Source: Eledone cirrhosa
Taxonomy: Eukaryota
Reading direction: 5' to 3'
Assembly (NCBI GenBank): GCA_964016885.1
Contig: OZ024744.1
Location: forward strand, 58,962,001 to 59,026,000
Length of the DNA: 64,000 nt
Shown: positions 44,080 through 56,838 of the stretch, in pieces
How positions within the stretch are numbered: the stretch's first letter is position 1
Layout of the letters: every line of letters begins with the position of its first letter
Program-made: the position numbers and the translations under genes
The notes under the pieces: generated by a model
The model's input: only the letters and a program-made list of their open reading frames with translations
Told to the model about the DNA's origin: nothing
The model's database searches: none

Positions 44080-47000
44080 ATATATATATAATTTTAGTCT
44101 TAGTGAACAATTTAGGTGAATACAAGTCTTGTATTTAATTCAACAGTAAAATATGAACATTTTTGTTACTTTTTACTCAAAATGGTTCAATTAGGATTTT
44201 AAAAGAACAATTTTTTCTTTCTTTGTTTTTTGCCATTTTGAAAAATATATTTACTTACTCAGTTGTTAGCCTTAGTAACTTATACTGTGCATGCTGTGTA
44301 ATATATATATATATATATATATATGTATATGTATATGTGTGTGTTTGTGTGTGTATATATATATATATTATATATATATAGTGTGTCTGTTATATATATT
44401 ATAGTTTTTATATATAATAGTTTCTGACATAGGCACATGTCTAATGTCCATAAACAATATTTTAAGCATTACAAGTACTTAATTATTTGAGATGGTAAAA
44501 GGAATAACAAATTTACTAGCATTGCCTGGATCTTATGTTTGTCCAACTTGCGTGGTTGCACCCCCACCCCCCCTCCGTTATCCCTGTAATAATTTAACAC
44601 CAGACAAACTATATCTGTCCTATAACTCCATTTTAATGTTTGTTTGATTCTTAACAGAACTTAAGGACAGCTAGTATAAACATTGTTTTACTTATGGAAT
44701 AAGTTAGTATTTGTTTTCATCGTTTCCTGAGTAAAACATGTTCTAGGGCTGATATGAACGACTAAAGCAACCCTTAAATGCAATGGTGCGTCAGTATGGC
44801 TGCATCAATTGTGTGTCTATATAGACACTCACACTTATACATAGTTAGAGAGACACAGCTACACCGCTGAATTTTGACATAATTGAAAGTGACAAAAGGA
44901 AAGATCTAGTTAGATTGTGAGTGTTGATATATGACAGAAAATGGACAAATATGACTTAAATTATAATATAGATTCTTGCTCCCAACATTGAATGATACAA
45001 CATGTACCTTGTTATGTTGGAAATCAATAGAAACAGTCAGATCTGTGAATGCTACTTACTAGGCAACAAGTTGACAAATTATGACATGTTTAAACTACAA
45101 AAATGTGATGATTCCCCTTTTAATCCTCACAGTATATCCTTATGGGAAACAAGACTCATTATTGCAACAAAATTCAAAGATCAGGTGCCATGATTCAGTC
45201 ATTGTTTTGATACTTTTGGAGCAGGCAATACAGATTATTCTGTATATTTCAGCTGTAATGGAGCGAAGCACCACTACAGCTGTGGGTGTGTATTATCACA
45301 GCCGTGTGTCTGTTTTACCACAGCTGTTCATCTAGGAATCTACAAAATCATCTAGAATACGAGTGGCTTTTGAAATTCTGTTTTTTCTTTCTTTTCTAAG
45401 AAATATTCCTCCTCACACACTTTGAACACTTTTCCCTTGACCTTTGTCATTAAACAATAAATTCAGTACATTTTCTCACCATTACATGAAATACACATAA
45501 ACCAACATCACATTTTGATACACGCAGTTTGCATTGTAGCAACACTGACAAGTTTATCTACCTCTTAGCAATTATGTACACATATATATATACATAGGTA
45601 TATATATATGTGTGTGTATATATATATACACCACAAACATGAATTATAGTCATATTTTCTTCTGTTCATCATATACCTTCTTTAAAAAGAAAAGGCTGAC
45701 TTGTAATGTTGTTTCCAAAAATTTAAGAAAATTTATGAGTTACTAAATATTTTGAATGGAATATTTCAATGATTAACTTTAAAAAAAAATTTATTTCTGT
45801 ACATAAAGTCAGTAATATTAATTTTCTTTTAATTTGTTTAAAGAATTCCTGCTTAAACAGTTTAATTTTGTTCTGTTTTCTCTTCCATTTTTTTTATCCT
45901 GTCTTTTTCTTTAACAATATTCAATCATTAAATTTAATTTTGAGCAAAACTGCATTGACCAGCAATCTATGCCAAATATATTGAAGTATATTGCTTATAC
46001 AGGAATAATCACTGAAGGGTTTTTCATCTTCATGAACTGAGCGCACCGATTAATCCTTTTATTCTTCTAACAAAAATATACAGACTTTGAATTTTTTTTT
46101 ATTATCAAAGTAATCAGTAATTATGAGAGGTTTTAGTGAAATAATTCACAAGTTAATAATATTAGATTTAAACCACTGAAATTTAATAAGTAATAATGAA
46201 ATTTCACTTCAAAATTTGTATTAATAGATTTGGTTGGGTTGGTGTTTAAGGAGTTAATCAATTACTTATAATGAGTGTAAAGGCACATAGCTTAGTGGTC
46301 AGGGTTCAGCTCATGATCGTAAGGTGATGAGATCAATTCCTGGATTGGTCAGTATATTGTATCCTTTCACTTTATTCAGCTGTAAAATATGAATTTTACT
46401 AGTAGTTCTCAAAGCTAGCCTTTGTCCTTGCTGAATTTCACTGAGAATTTATTTTAAGGATACCCATATCTATGGAATACTCCGAGACTTGCACATTAAT
46501 TTCCCAAGCAGGCTGTTCCATTGATAGAACATTTGGAACATTTGTCATAGGAACTGACTGAGGTCCAACACAGTAATAAGTCACTGCAATTTTTATATAT
46601 ATGTGTTATATATTATTTTTGAAGCTATGATGCCTTGAAATGTCTTGAGCAGATCTATTAATCTATTATGAATTAAAATAAACCAAAGAAAATCTTAATA
46701 CACCTGGGGGAGGTGGAGAGACTTTATCCATTTATTCATCACTTAATATATTTCCTATTTTCATATCCCCTGGCTTTAAAACCCCTCACCGCTACCACCC
46801 TGCCTGTATTCTACTCCAACTTTGTAAACCTGTATTCTTTTACTGCATGAATTAAAAAAGAAAAGACAGACTTGTTCAATAAACAAAGAAGAAAATATGT
46901 TTTAAAAAAAAAACAAGAAATTAAACTGTAAAATGTAGTGCATCAAATAATTGAAATCCTGAGGCAATTAAAATATTTTCAAATGAAACTGATTTGTTTT

Positions 47001-47319
47001 TCTTTTAAGTAATTTCTGTTATATAAGGAGTGGGAAATAGAGTCAGTGATGAATGTAAATAAATGGAATGAGAGGGTTGGGTTATGTTTTGGGGAGGGAT
47101 GTCAGTGACTGGGTGATAAGAGCAAGTTATGATGTGAAAAGAAATGAGATGGCTAGATCATGTGTTGAGGAAAGTGACTGGGTGAGAGGAGTGAAGGGAC
47201 TAGAGCCACTGATGATTGTTGTAAAAATAAATGCAATGAGATAGATGACTGACTTGATGAGAAGAGTGACAAGAAAAAATTGGACAAAATGGAAAAGTTT
47301 GCTATGGAAATTACTTTAA

Positions 47320-47498
47320 CTCTTTAGTATTTACATTATTCTATATTAACTATTGTATTTTCACGGTAAACACTTCCACATAATATCGAATTTACGAGAT
47401 TTTAATATTTATTTTGAGAACAATACCTTAACATCAATATGAGTGGTAAGTTTGAACAGAAAGAGGTGAGAATTCTGGTCGGTTTAAATGTTAAAGGG
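47320..47498 (-). mobile_element. piggyBac-type MITE (family A)
   Basis: TTAA|CTCTTTAGTATTTA...TAAATGTTAAAGGG|TTAA. Confidence 0.82.
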
Positions 47499-47639
47499 TT
47501 AAATGTGTTGTACTGGGAATGTTGATTTACATAATATAGTGTCACGTGAATTTCACTGCTAATAAAGTATCAGCATTAAGTATGTTTATTGGGTTTGCTG
47601 ATGACTCATTAACTCTAAACATCTTGTATTGTTGTTTGT

Positions 47640-48060
47640 TTTTGCTAGATCTAGAGGAAGGGGCTGTGATTGTGACCTTTGCAAGACCAATGAGATTGCT
47701 GTTAATATTCAGTTTAAATTGTTGACGAAAGACTAAATGTTAGTAGGAGGCCTGGGGTGTTGAGAGGAGAAAGAAAGACAATGTCAGACAGATGTGAAGA
47801 GCAAGCCAGGCCATTGTAGTAGCAATGGAAGAGACCAGTCCAGAGGCTGGACCATATCTGTCAGTGACTCTAATAGAACAAGTGGTCATTTTCTGGATGT
47901 TTGTAAGTGTAGGAGCAGTAAGTACCTGAGTTTTGTAGAGGTTCTGAAGTATTTTCTGGCCCTTTAAAAAAAAAAAAAACCTATTTTTTTTAGATGTAGT
48001 TCTAGCTATGTTAAGGATGTCTGCTTACCATGAGAGATCATCAGTGGTACTGTGGCCTAG
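47640..48060 (-). mobile_element. Highly degenerate CR1/L2-like LINE 3' fragment
   Basis: Minus-strand LFHCYYNG..CSSHL resembles the FYRYxxGxCSxEL motif of CR1-group C-termini. Confidence 0.4.
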
Positions 48061-48244
48061 CATTTGGAGCAAACATAGGTCTCTTTAAATTGCTGGTGTT
48101 TGGAACATAATTTAATAATGGTTCTTAAATAAAATGATAACAGGAGGTTTTTAGATAAATATAAAGTTTGGCATCATAGAACCAGGTCTGATTTTAGAGG
48201 TTTGGTATTAAACAGGTTAAATGCATTTATTTATTAAATATTTA

Positions 48245-48525
48245 CATCATCACTGTTTAACGCCCATTTGAGACATGTCTGGTCATGTCTTGCTCATACA
48301 GAACTGTTTCTAGCTTGGTTTCTATGGCCTTTTCTAATGGACTGGGCACTTTTTGTTGTCACCAACATGACAACTCTACAGTGTAGACTGGGCACTTTTT
48401 GTTGTGTCACCAACACGACCACTTCACAGTGTAGACCGGGCACTTTTTGTTGTGTCACTAACACTACCGCTTTACAGTATAGACTGGGCATTTTTTATTG
48501 TGGCACCAAAATGACCACTTTATAA
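48245..48525 (-). mobile_element. RTE-type 3' tail with about four tandem ~48-bp units
   Basis: Repeated gactgggcactttttgttgtgtcaccaac...acagtgta next to a catcatca tail. Confidence 0.7.
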
Positions 48526-48750
48526 TTTTAGATTTTTCTATGTAATGTATGTATTTTCAGTTTTAATCCTTTGCAGATATTGAGTCAATATTTTTCTTGA
48601 TTCTCTTTCCCTAGCCCTTTTCATAGCACTCCACATTTAAAACACTTTAAAACAGTTTCATAAAAACTTTGTTATAAACACCAGCATGATGAAAAGTTAG
48701 TTATATAACTAAATCTCACCAAATTATTCATTATTTTCAGAATGACCTAA

Positions 48751-48964
48751 CCCTTTAGCATTTAAACTGGCCATATCAGGCCAGAATTCTCTCACCTCTT
48801 TCTGTTGAAACCGGCCATAACCAGCCGCTTATACCAATGTTAAGGTATTGTTCTCAAAATAAATAATTTTAAAATCTCGTAGATTCGATATTATGTGAGT
48901 GTATTATAAAGTGTTTACCATGAAAATAGAATAGTAAATATAAAGTAATGTAAATACTAAAGGG
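48751..48964 (+). mobile_element. piggyBac-type MITE (family A)
   Basis: CCCTTTAGCATTTA...TAAATACTAAAGGG|TTAA. Confidence 0.85.
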
Positions 48965-50414
48965 TTAAATACACAAGCAGTGTCTTCCATTAGATACACA
49001 ATGAAAGGTTTAATATATCCATTTAGACATCTTTTTCTCACTAGCTCACATTCTTCACAAATTCTTCTAATATATCCAGTATCTGTTATTTCCCCAACCC
49101 TTATATTCCTTGTTCCTTTAAATTCATCAACTTTGATTCTTTTTTTCAAAGCCCATCTGAATTTCTGCAGAAAATTTCTCAAAAGATTTTAAAAGAAACT
49201 GCAGTAAGTATCCTCTGCATTAGTCGTTTTTTTTTAAATTGAGTTTGGTAGTTGGATACTATATAGAAAGCTGTTGTATGTTTACAGCTGATGCTGTTTA
49301 TTTACATGCCATAACTTAGCAGCTGGACAAAAATATTGGAAAATGGCTTTGTTAACTTATATGGTTATAATATATTTAGTTGTGGACAGGTTGTGAAGTA
49401 AAAACTTTGTTTTAATGTCATGCAGTCATAGTGTTGTTTTGCACTTTTCAAAAATGTCAGTGAAACTAATAAAAGACTGAAACAGTTTCGTTGGATAACG
49501 TTTATTGACAGATTTTAAAAATAGCCAGCAAACAAAAAAATATTCATAAATGTTGTGTGAATAAAATGTTCCCTCTCCCCTACAAAGTAGTATTTTAAAA
49601 GTTACCATGTTAAATTCTTCTTACTCCTTTGTTTTTGTGATGCACAATTGATTATCTAACGTGATTTTATGTGTAAGTGGTTGAGAATTTCACAAACACT
49701 TGTACCCTTAATGTATATCACAAACAAAATAAACATGACTGTGTGAAAAGGCTGGACTTTTGAATTTACAGGTACAATCTATCTGAAGGGCTTCCACACA
49801 GTTTCTATCTTCTAGATTACACTCATAAGGCTTGAGTTGACTTGAGGTTATGGTAAAGACCAAGATATCAGTGGGACATTATGATTGTGAAACAAACATC
49901 TAAACCAATCAGCCAAGCCGGCATCTACTGTTACTATTGTACTTAATGGGATAACATCTATGTGTGTGTGATAAGAGATACACTATTGATTTGATTGATC
50001 TCACATAGTTATATTTTATCAAAATAAGGCGGCAATATTTTACATACAGATATTTTACATACATATATCATCCTTGTCCTCATTTAACATCTAATTTTCC
50101 ACACTTTCTTGGTCTCTATGGTTGGATGCCCTTCCTAACACTAACCACATTAGTGTGGACTGAGTGGTTTTTATTGAGGCACCAAAATGACCTAACAGGG
50201 AGGACTTTTGTCATATACATATATTGTTTCAGAAAAAGACTGATTAAATTTCACCACTTGTTATAGATACATTTGTAGGTAAGCCAGAGTCTTTTTACTA
50301 AAGAAAACAGATGTAACATTTATGTATGAGTAAAAGGCTGAAACAGAAAGATGATAAATAGAAAGGAGTTACATATTACCAGTGTGACTTACATTCAATA
50401 GTAGTAGTAATAAT

Positions 50415-50630
50415 AATGGTTTCCAGTCTAGGCACAAGGCAAGCCATATTTTTGGATGGGGTCTGGAAAGTCGATTATATCAATCCCAGTACTTAACTGG
50501 AATGAGATTTTTTTCACTCGGGATCAATAAAATAAAGTACCAATCAAGTACTGGGTTTGATAGAAGCACATTTCTCCACCTCATCCAAAAAACAATGGCT
50601 GACCTTGTGCCTAAATTAGAAACTACTAAA
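50415..50630. repeat. Head-to-head pair of Meta-type SINE 3' halves forming an inverted repeat
   Basis: taggcacaagg...cccagtactt versus aagtactggg...ccttgtgccta. Confidence 0.7.
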
Positions 50631-50737
50631 TAATTTTTCATATTAGTACAAGATCACAATTTTGTAGACAAGAGCAGAGCCGTGGAATCAACAGCAATAT
50701 ATAAATGGCTTTTTGATTTGATGGTTCTGGAAATTAA

Positions 50738-50943
50738 CCCTTTAGCATTTAAACCAGCAATATCTGGCCAAAATTCTCTCACTTCTTTCTGTTCAAACCA
50801 GCTGTAACCGGCCACTCATACTGATGTTAAGGTATTGTTCACAACATAGATAATATCAAAATCTCAGGTTTGATATTATGTGAGGTAAAGCCTTTACCAC
50901 AAAAATACAATAGTATATATAGAGTAAAGTAAATGCTAAAGGG
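50738..50943 (+). mobile_element. piggyBac-type MITE (family A), best-preserved copy, inserted in an old SINE
   Basis: TTAA|CCCTTTAGCATTTA...TAAATGCTAAAGGG|TTAA, perfect 14-bp terminal inverted repeats. Confidence 0.9.
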
Positions 50944-51156
50944 TTAAAATCAAAGTTGATTTTGACGGTATTTGAAACCAAAACAAAACACTAAAAAGTC
51001 TTCTGATTCTGCTACTCCACTATTCTTCATAAGAGATAAATAGGATTTTCAACTATGGTACAAGGCCCTATGGCTTTTTTTATTTTTTATTTTTAGGTGT
51101 GTGGTAGGATATAGTCTAGGACCTAGACTATACCCCCCCCCTACCTAAAAAAAAAA

Positions 51157-52310
51157 CAAGCATGCCGTAGATCTGGTGGTAAATGTCGTAAACTCTATAA
51201 GGGCAAGAGCACTGAATCATTAACAGTTCAAATCTCTGCTGGAAGATGTGGAGGCTGAGCATGGAGATGTACTCTACTATAACAATGAACAGTGGTTGAA
51301 CCTGGGCAAAGTGCTGAAGAGAGTTTGGGAGTTGCAAGAAGAAATCCTTCTCTTTCTGGGCATGAAGGGAGTTTCTTGTGACTTTGTAACAAAAATGTCC
51401 TTTGAAGACTGGAGATATGAACTAATGTTTGTAGTTGAAATGTTTGATAAACTGAATGACCTGAATGTGACATTGCAGCAAAAGGATCTGTTTGCTCATG
51501 ATATGTACAAGCATGTCAAGTCTTTTCAGGCAAAACTTACTTTGTTCTCCAGACAAGCAGGTAAAGGCAAGTTCTGCCATTTTTCTTTATTAGGGAAGGA
51601 GAAAGTACCTGCAAATGTCTCCTCAAAGATCATGCATCAGTTGATGAGGTTAAAGGAGGAATTTGAAAGAATTTTTACAGATTTCAAAAAGATTGAGCCT
51701 GAATTCAATTTTATAACTTTCCCTTTCATTACTGATGTTGATGTAGCACCTGAAGAAATAAACTTGATCTAATTGACTTGCAAGCAGATCACTCATTGAA
51801 AGAAATGTTTCATTACGTGCCTTTAATAGAGTATTACAAGTCTCTTTCAGATGAAAAAATTCCATGTTTGAGAAGCTTTGCTGCCAGATTGTTTTCTATT
51901 TTGGGATCAACTTACATCTGTGAACAGTTTTTGCTGTCTTAAAATAAACAAGTCCAAGAACAGATCCATGATTTCAGACACAAACCTGCATGCAGTAGTG
52001 AATTTCTAGCAGCAACCTTGTCCCAGATTTAAAAAAAAAATATAACAAATTGTGACAAGTTGCATTTGTCTCATTAAATTGCTTGTTCTGGTATGTTTTG
52101 TGATATACAGACACAAATTAAAAGAAAACTTTGTTCTGAATTTTTTGTATTTAATAATTTTATTAATTTATGTATTATAATGATGTAGTTTATATTTAAT
52201 ATTTTCTAAATTCTAACTGAAGAAGTAAGGTTACTGTCACACTATATCCAATAATAAATGGTTCTGCCCAGTCAATGTGGCCCCCGATCCAAAAAGTTTG
52301 CCCACCCTTG
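51157..52310 (+). mobile_element. hAT (Charlie/Buster/SPIN, GTF2IRD2-like) transposon, 3' half, pseudogenised
   Basis: VVNSIRARALNH*QFKSLLEDVEAEHGDVLYY..QWLNLGKVL, KLNDLNVTLQ, dimerisation motif GSTYICEQ. Right end aaaagtttgcccacccttg is followed by atctaggt. Confidence 0.9.
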
Positions 52311-52737
52311 ATCTAGGTAGTTAATTTATTGAGTCAAAGGACAAAAGCTACAGTTGTCATGATATAAACTTAGAACAAGAAGGACTATGACAAAATATAC
52401 ATACCTAATGCTCTACCAATTCTGTCATTGATCACCTTTATTGGGATATAATAAATCCTGCTAGCATTAATATATATGTGTGTATATAACATAATCATCT
52501 CTCCTTGTGTTTATAAACCCAAATGAACACAGACACAAACACACAGATACACATATATATAGTAGTAATAATAATAAATACAAAGACCAAAATCAAGAGA
52601 GGACTCCATAAGAGGCGGTGTATATATAAGTATATATAAACCTGTAGAGCAAATATTTATTATTAACACATTAAAAGTTTAAGCATATAATTACTGCTTT
52701 CACCCAAAGTGGGTGAAATCTGAAATGATTTGCTTAA

Positions 52738-52932
52738 CTCTTTAACATTAAAACTGGTCATATCTGGCCAGAATTCTCTCACTTCTTTCTATTGAAACCA
52801 GCCACTCATACTGATGTTATGGTATTGTTCTCAAAAGAAATAACATCAAAATCTCATAGATTCGATATTATGTGAGGTAAAGCCTTTACCATAAAAATAT
52901 AGTAAATATAAACTAAGGTAAATGTTAAAGGG
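52738..52932 (+). mobile_element. piggyBac-type MITE (family A)
   Basis: TTAA|CTCTTTAACATT...AATGTTAAAGGG|TTAA. Confidence 0.85.
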
Positions 52933-52954
52933 TTAAACGTTTAATATGTGCTGA

Positions 52955-52992
<38 letters not shown>

Positions 52993-53973
52993 CCAAACAG
53001 CAGGGTTTATAGATACGAAGGAAAAGTGTTCAATACCAAAGAGAATATGATATATTATATTACTAAGATTATTCTTTGTTGCTACTCTGAGTTTTGCAGA
53101 TTTCTACTGATCAGCAGGAAACAGCAAAACCTAGAGTAGTAACAGAGAGTAATCTCAGTGTGTGTGTGTATTAACTTGAGGTATTAAGAGATAACATACA
53201 AAGTTTATATATTTGTTTATATGAACATAAGTTTAAGTATACATACATATAAATATATACATATCATCATCATCACTGTTTAACATCCATTTTTCCACCC
53301 TAGCATGGGTCAGACGAGTTGTCTCATAGTGAGACACGCCAGATCAGATAACTGTATATATATATATATATACTCAGACACACACATACATGTGTGTGCA
53401 TGAGAATATAGGATGGGTTCAAAAGACAGTGACTTTACAGATTATAAATACATGCCATTGGGAAGGCTTTTCTTGTTTTCTTGTTCTTCTTTGGACATTC
53501 TGGAAAAGAAAAGAAAGAAAAGGGTTTGACTGTAATTCTATGTTGAAGATGATGAATCAGTCTGTTGTCTAGACCATGGTCAGTCCTGATTCAACAGACC
53601 CTCAATGAAAGATTAAGTGGTTAATAAAGAACGAAACTTGTTGAAAGATCCCAAATTTATTTATATTCAATCCAGTTTATGGTAATCTATATTTTCCAGA
53701 AAGATTGGAGCAGGTGAGTGTCATAAGAGAGAGTGGTAATGGAAGTGAAACGGTGCTAGAGAGGGGAATGAGACTAGAATATGAGAATTGTAGGGGGCGA
53801 GTAAATATATATTTTCAGGTGAAAGATGGAGAGAGAAAGTATGAAGGATGGATGATGTTAAAAGATAGTGGCCTGAGGGAGGACTAATAGTCCATAACTT
53901 AAATGGGGTGATGTGATAGAGTGTATCAGTTCCAAACATATCTCTCACACTTAAGTATCATGATAAAAGAGAA

Positions 53974-54330
53974 ATGGAGACTTCTGGTATCCTTGGCCCT
54001 AGGGCTACCTCCCTACTCACCACCATAGGCGCTGAGCTGGCCAACCGCAGGTGTGAGCCCCACGACTTGGAGTGGCTTTTCCAACGCATCTCCCTCGCTG
54101 TCCTCCGGGGAAATGCCTTCTCCATTCTGACCGCCGGGCCTGTGGCGGGGCCCCATCGCGTATCATTCCATATTTAGCTGTGGTCGGTGTGTGTGTGTGT
54201 TTGTATATATTGCTTTTGTTTTTATTCAGCCTCGTGTCATTCTTCATTACTTTTCTATACTAATGAATTGTATCTGGAAAAATAAAATAATCTGATCGAA
54301 CAGTACTGTAAAAAAACAAAAATAAAAAAC
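53974..54330 (+). mobile_element. 5'-truncated CRE-like non-LTR retrotransposon (endonuclease C-terminus and 3' UTR)
   Basis: ETSGILGPRATSLLTTIG...WLFQRISLAVLRGNAFSIL matches the QRIS.A..RGNA..I signature. Local GC/CpG-rich island and A-rich end. Confidence 0.8.
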
Positions 54331-55450
54331 AGGATAAAGTAAGTGGCAGATGAAGGGAGGTAACTGAATACAGACAGGTCTAATGATAATGTTTGTTACA
54401 CAAGCAGCACAGTGTAGAGAATAGGAGAGTGGATGAAGGTCAGACTCATCCAATAACATTCCTGGTTACATGGACAGAATGGTAGAGGAGATAGGGATGG
54501 GTGATAAAAGCTTGAAACAGTATCAATGAAGTGGGGAGACAGAATCAATGGAGGTCTATTCACTAGAATTTGAAATTACTACTGTATCAAGCAATGTTCT
54601 ACCTCCACACATTAACAGATAGTATGATCAGAATGGAATGTTGATTTTAAAATGAGTCTTTCAGTTGTTTGATAAATGGAATAGTCTGGTTTTGTAATTA
54701 ACTGGTAAGTGGCTGAGTATTCCACAGACATGTGTGCCCTAACTGTAATTCTCAAACTGATTCAGCATGTTTCTGTCTACTTAGGTTCAATCAAAAGGTT
54801 ACAGTAAAGTACACTTGTCCAAGATGCCACATAGTGGGGTTGAACCTAGGACCTAATCATTGTAAAGCAAACTCCTTTAAAATTCAGCCATATTGTTTTC
54901 ACATGGTATGATTAAACATCTGCTAAAGGAACAAATCAACATATGAGGTACACTCCAAGAAGTTTTGACACTGTCTTTTCAGGCACTTTTAATTGATCTA
55001 TGTAACTGTCCCTCTAATACATCTTTAGCAGCATAGTATATAAATGTTATTGAGACACGAGTAACATAATAATGATGTCAACAGCAGAAATTAGAGATGA
55101 AATGTATGTTAATTTTTGTTGTAGCACAAATAATGTTTGTTAACCTGTATGGTTGAAGTTACACATAAAATGAGGTTACAAAAGGGAATGTGCCATTGTG
55201 CCAGGCCCAAGGAAAGCCGGCAGGCCAAAGTGCAAAATCTCACCGTTACATGTTGGCTAGTGATTTCACGACGAAAGAAAGTTAGTTGTTTACCTTTTCA
55301 CAGTCAGGAAGCGAGAGGCTGATTCTTCAAATCAAAGCGGGAATTTTTTCCTCAGAGATACATTCTCTTCTACTGGCGCTGATTGGCTGAGCTGAGCCAA
55401 ATCACGCACAGAGAATGTATGTGAGCCCGCGGAATGTAGGTCACTACAAT

Positions 55451-55462
55451 ACTCCCCCTCTA
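55451..55462 (-). promoter_or_regulatory. Polypurine tract
   Basis: Minus strand TAGAGGGGGAGT-AT immediately precedes the 3' LTR start TGTAGTG. Confidence 0.88.
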
Positions 55463-56820
55463 GACGTAAGACGATACAGATTATTGAATCAGCAGAAAAA
55501 AATGCTGAAAGAGCACATCAGTGAAAAAAAATAATTGAACAGAAGAATGCATGCAAGAAAAAAATGAGGCGCTAAGGGCCGTGTTGAGACGCTGTGTCAA
55601 ATGACTAGCTGTTTTGTAGTTTATGCGTGACCACCAAAGGTCTAACAGAAAATGGATAAAGTCTGACATGGGCGAAGTTGCTGTTCTTGCATTAAATGTT
55701 AATGGTAAGTGTTGTACCAGTAGCTGTAGATGAAGCTATTATGGTAGTTTAACCAGTGCTGGCAAGAAGATGATGGGTAGGCGAGAAAATGTCGGCCTCC
55801 CAGATGTATTGCCGAAAGTGCTAGGCAGCCAGGAAAAAATGGTTGGTTGCTTTGAAAAGAAAAAAGCAAATTGAATCTGTAGGTGGGAAGTAGTTGCAGT
55901 GAAAATTCCATAATTCTGGCGAATCCATAGAAGTGGTGGAAATGCTGACAGGTCCAGTTCCATTTGTTTTCCCGGTGAGTCAGGTAAAGTAACAAGATGG
56001 AGGTTGTTATGGACGATGAGTGTGCAACGAGATGCGAAACTGTTTGAGTTCAGCTGCAATTAGCATTCTCGTGTTGCGGTGCAGGTGAATTAAGCTGCAA
56101 AGTGTTGATAGCATGTTTGGTGTCTCCACAAAGTGAGAAGGGATCTCGCAGAACTTTACGACGTTTGAATATCATACACTAAGAACAACATGTTGGTGTG
56201 TGTCAAAGAAATATGTGTGCATATGCAGGCATGTAATACAGCAAAGAATGTGTGGGTGCAGTCATATATACAATGATAAAGAAAATGATACAGTCATATA
56301 TACAATGATAGAGAGAAAAAAAAAGAATTTTCATATAATACAGCTCTAAAAGAATAAATATCCGAACATTGCCTAAAAAAAAAAAAAGGAAGAAAGAAAG
56401 AATTGTTTCTTTTCTTTGGGATCGCTCTTACTAGGAAGCTAGTAGAGTTGTTGTTGTTGTTGTTAAAGCAAGGTCAAGCGTTGAAGAGCCGTAAGTCACC
56501 ACGTGAGTTCGGTTTTTGCTTGTTTGTATTGCAGGAAGCCGTATCGACAGAAAAATGTTTCCGTGCCATAATTTTGAAAATACAGCTAATTTTTTTCTTT
56601 CAAAGATGTTGTCGCAGGCGGGTTCATGAAAGTTAAGCCACGTGTTGTCGCTGCTGCTGATGTATTTGGTAGTGGTGATAGCCATGTGTTGCTGCTGATG
56701 GCTGGTAGTAGAGAAGTACTTGGTGGTAGCCATTTTGAAATTTCCTCGTGGCGTAAAATTTTTAAAATACTGCTAATTTTTTTTTAATTTCAAAAGGAAT
56801 ATTTTGTACTGAAAATATTC

Positions 56821-56838
56821 ATCACGTTGGGGTCACCA
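56821..56838 (-). promoter_or_regulatory. Primer binding site for tRNA-Trp
   Basis: Minus strand TGGTGACCCCAACGTGAT versus canonical tRNA-Trp PBS TGGTGACCCCGACGTGAT (17/18), 2 nt from the 5' LTR. Confidence 0.93.

Noticed and set aside
45002-45335. Possible Helitron or DNA-transposon coding relic
   Set aside because: No convincing motif could be recovered by eye.
48904-49182. 92-aa minus-strand ORF as a next exon of the EGF gene
   Set aside because: The acceptor phase does not match the EGF exon, the ORF runs into a MITE, and it has no motif.
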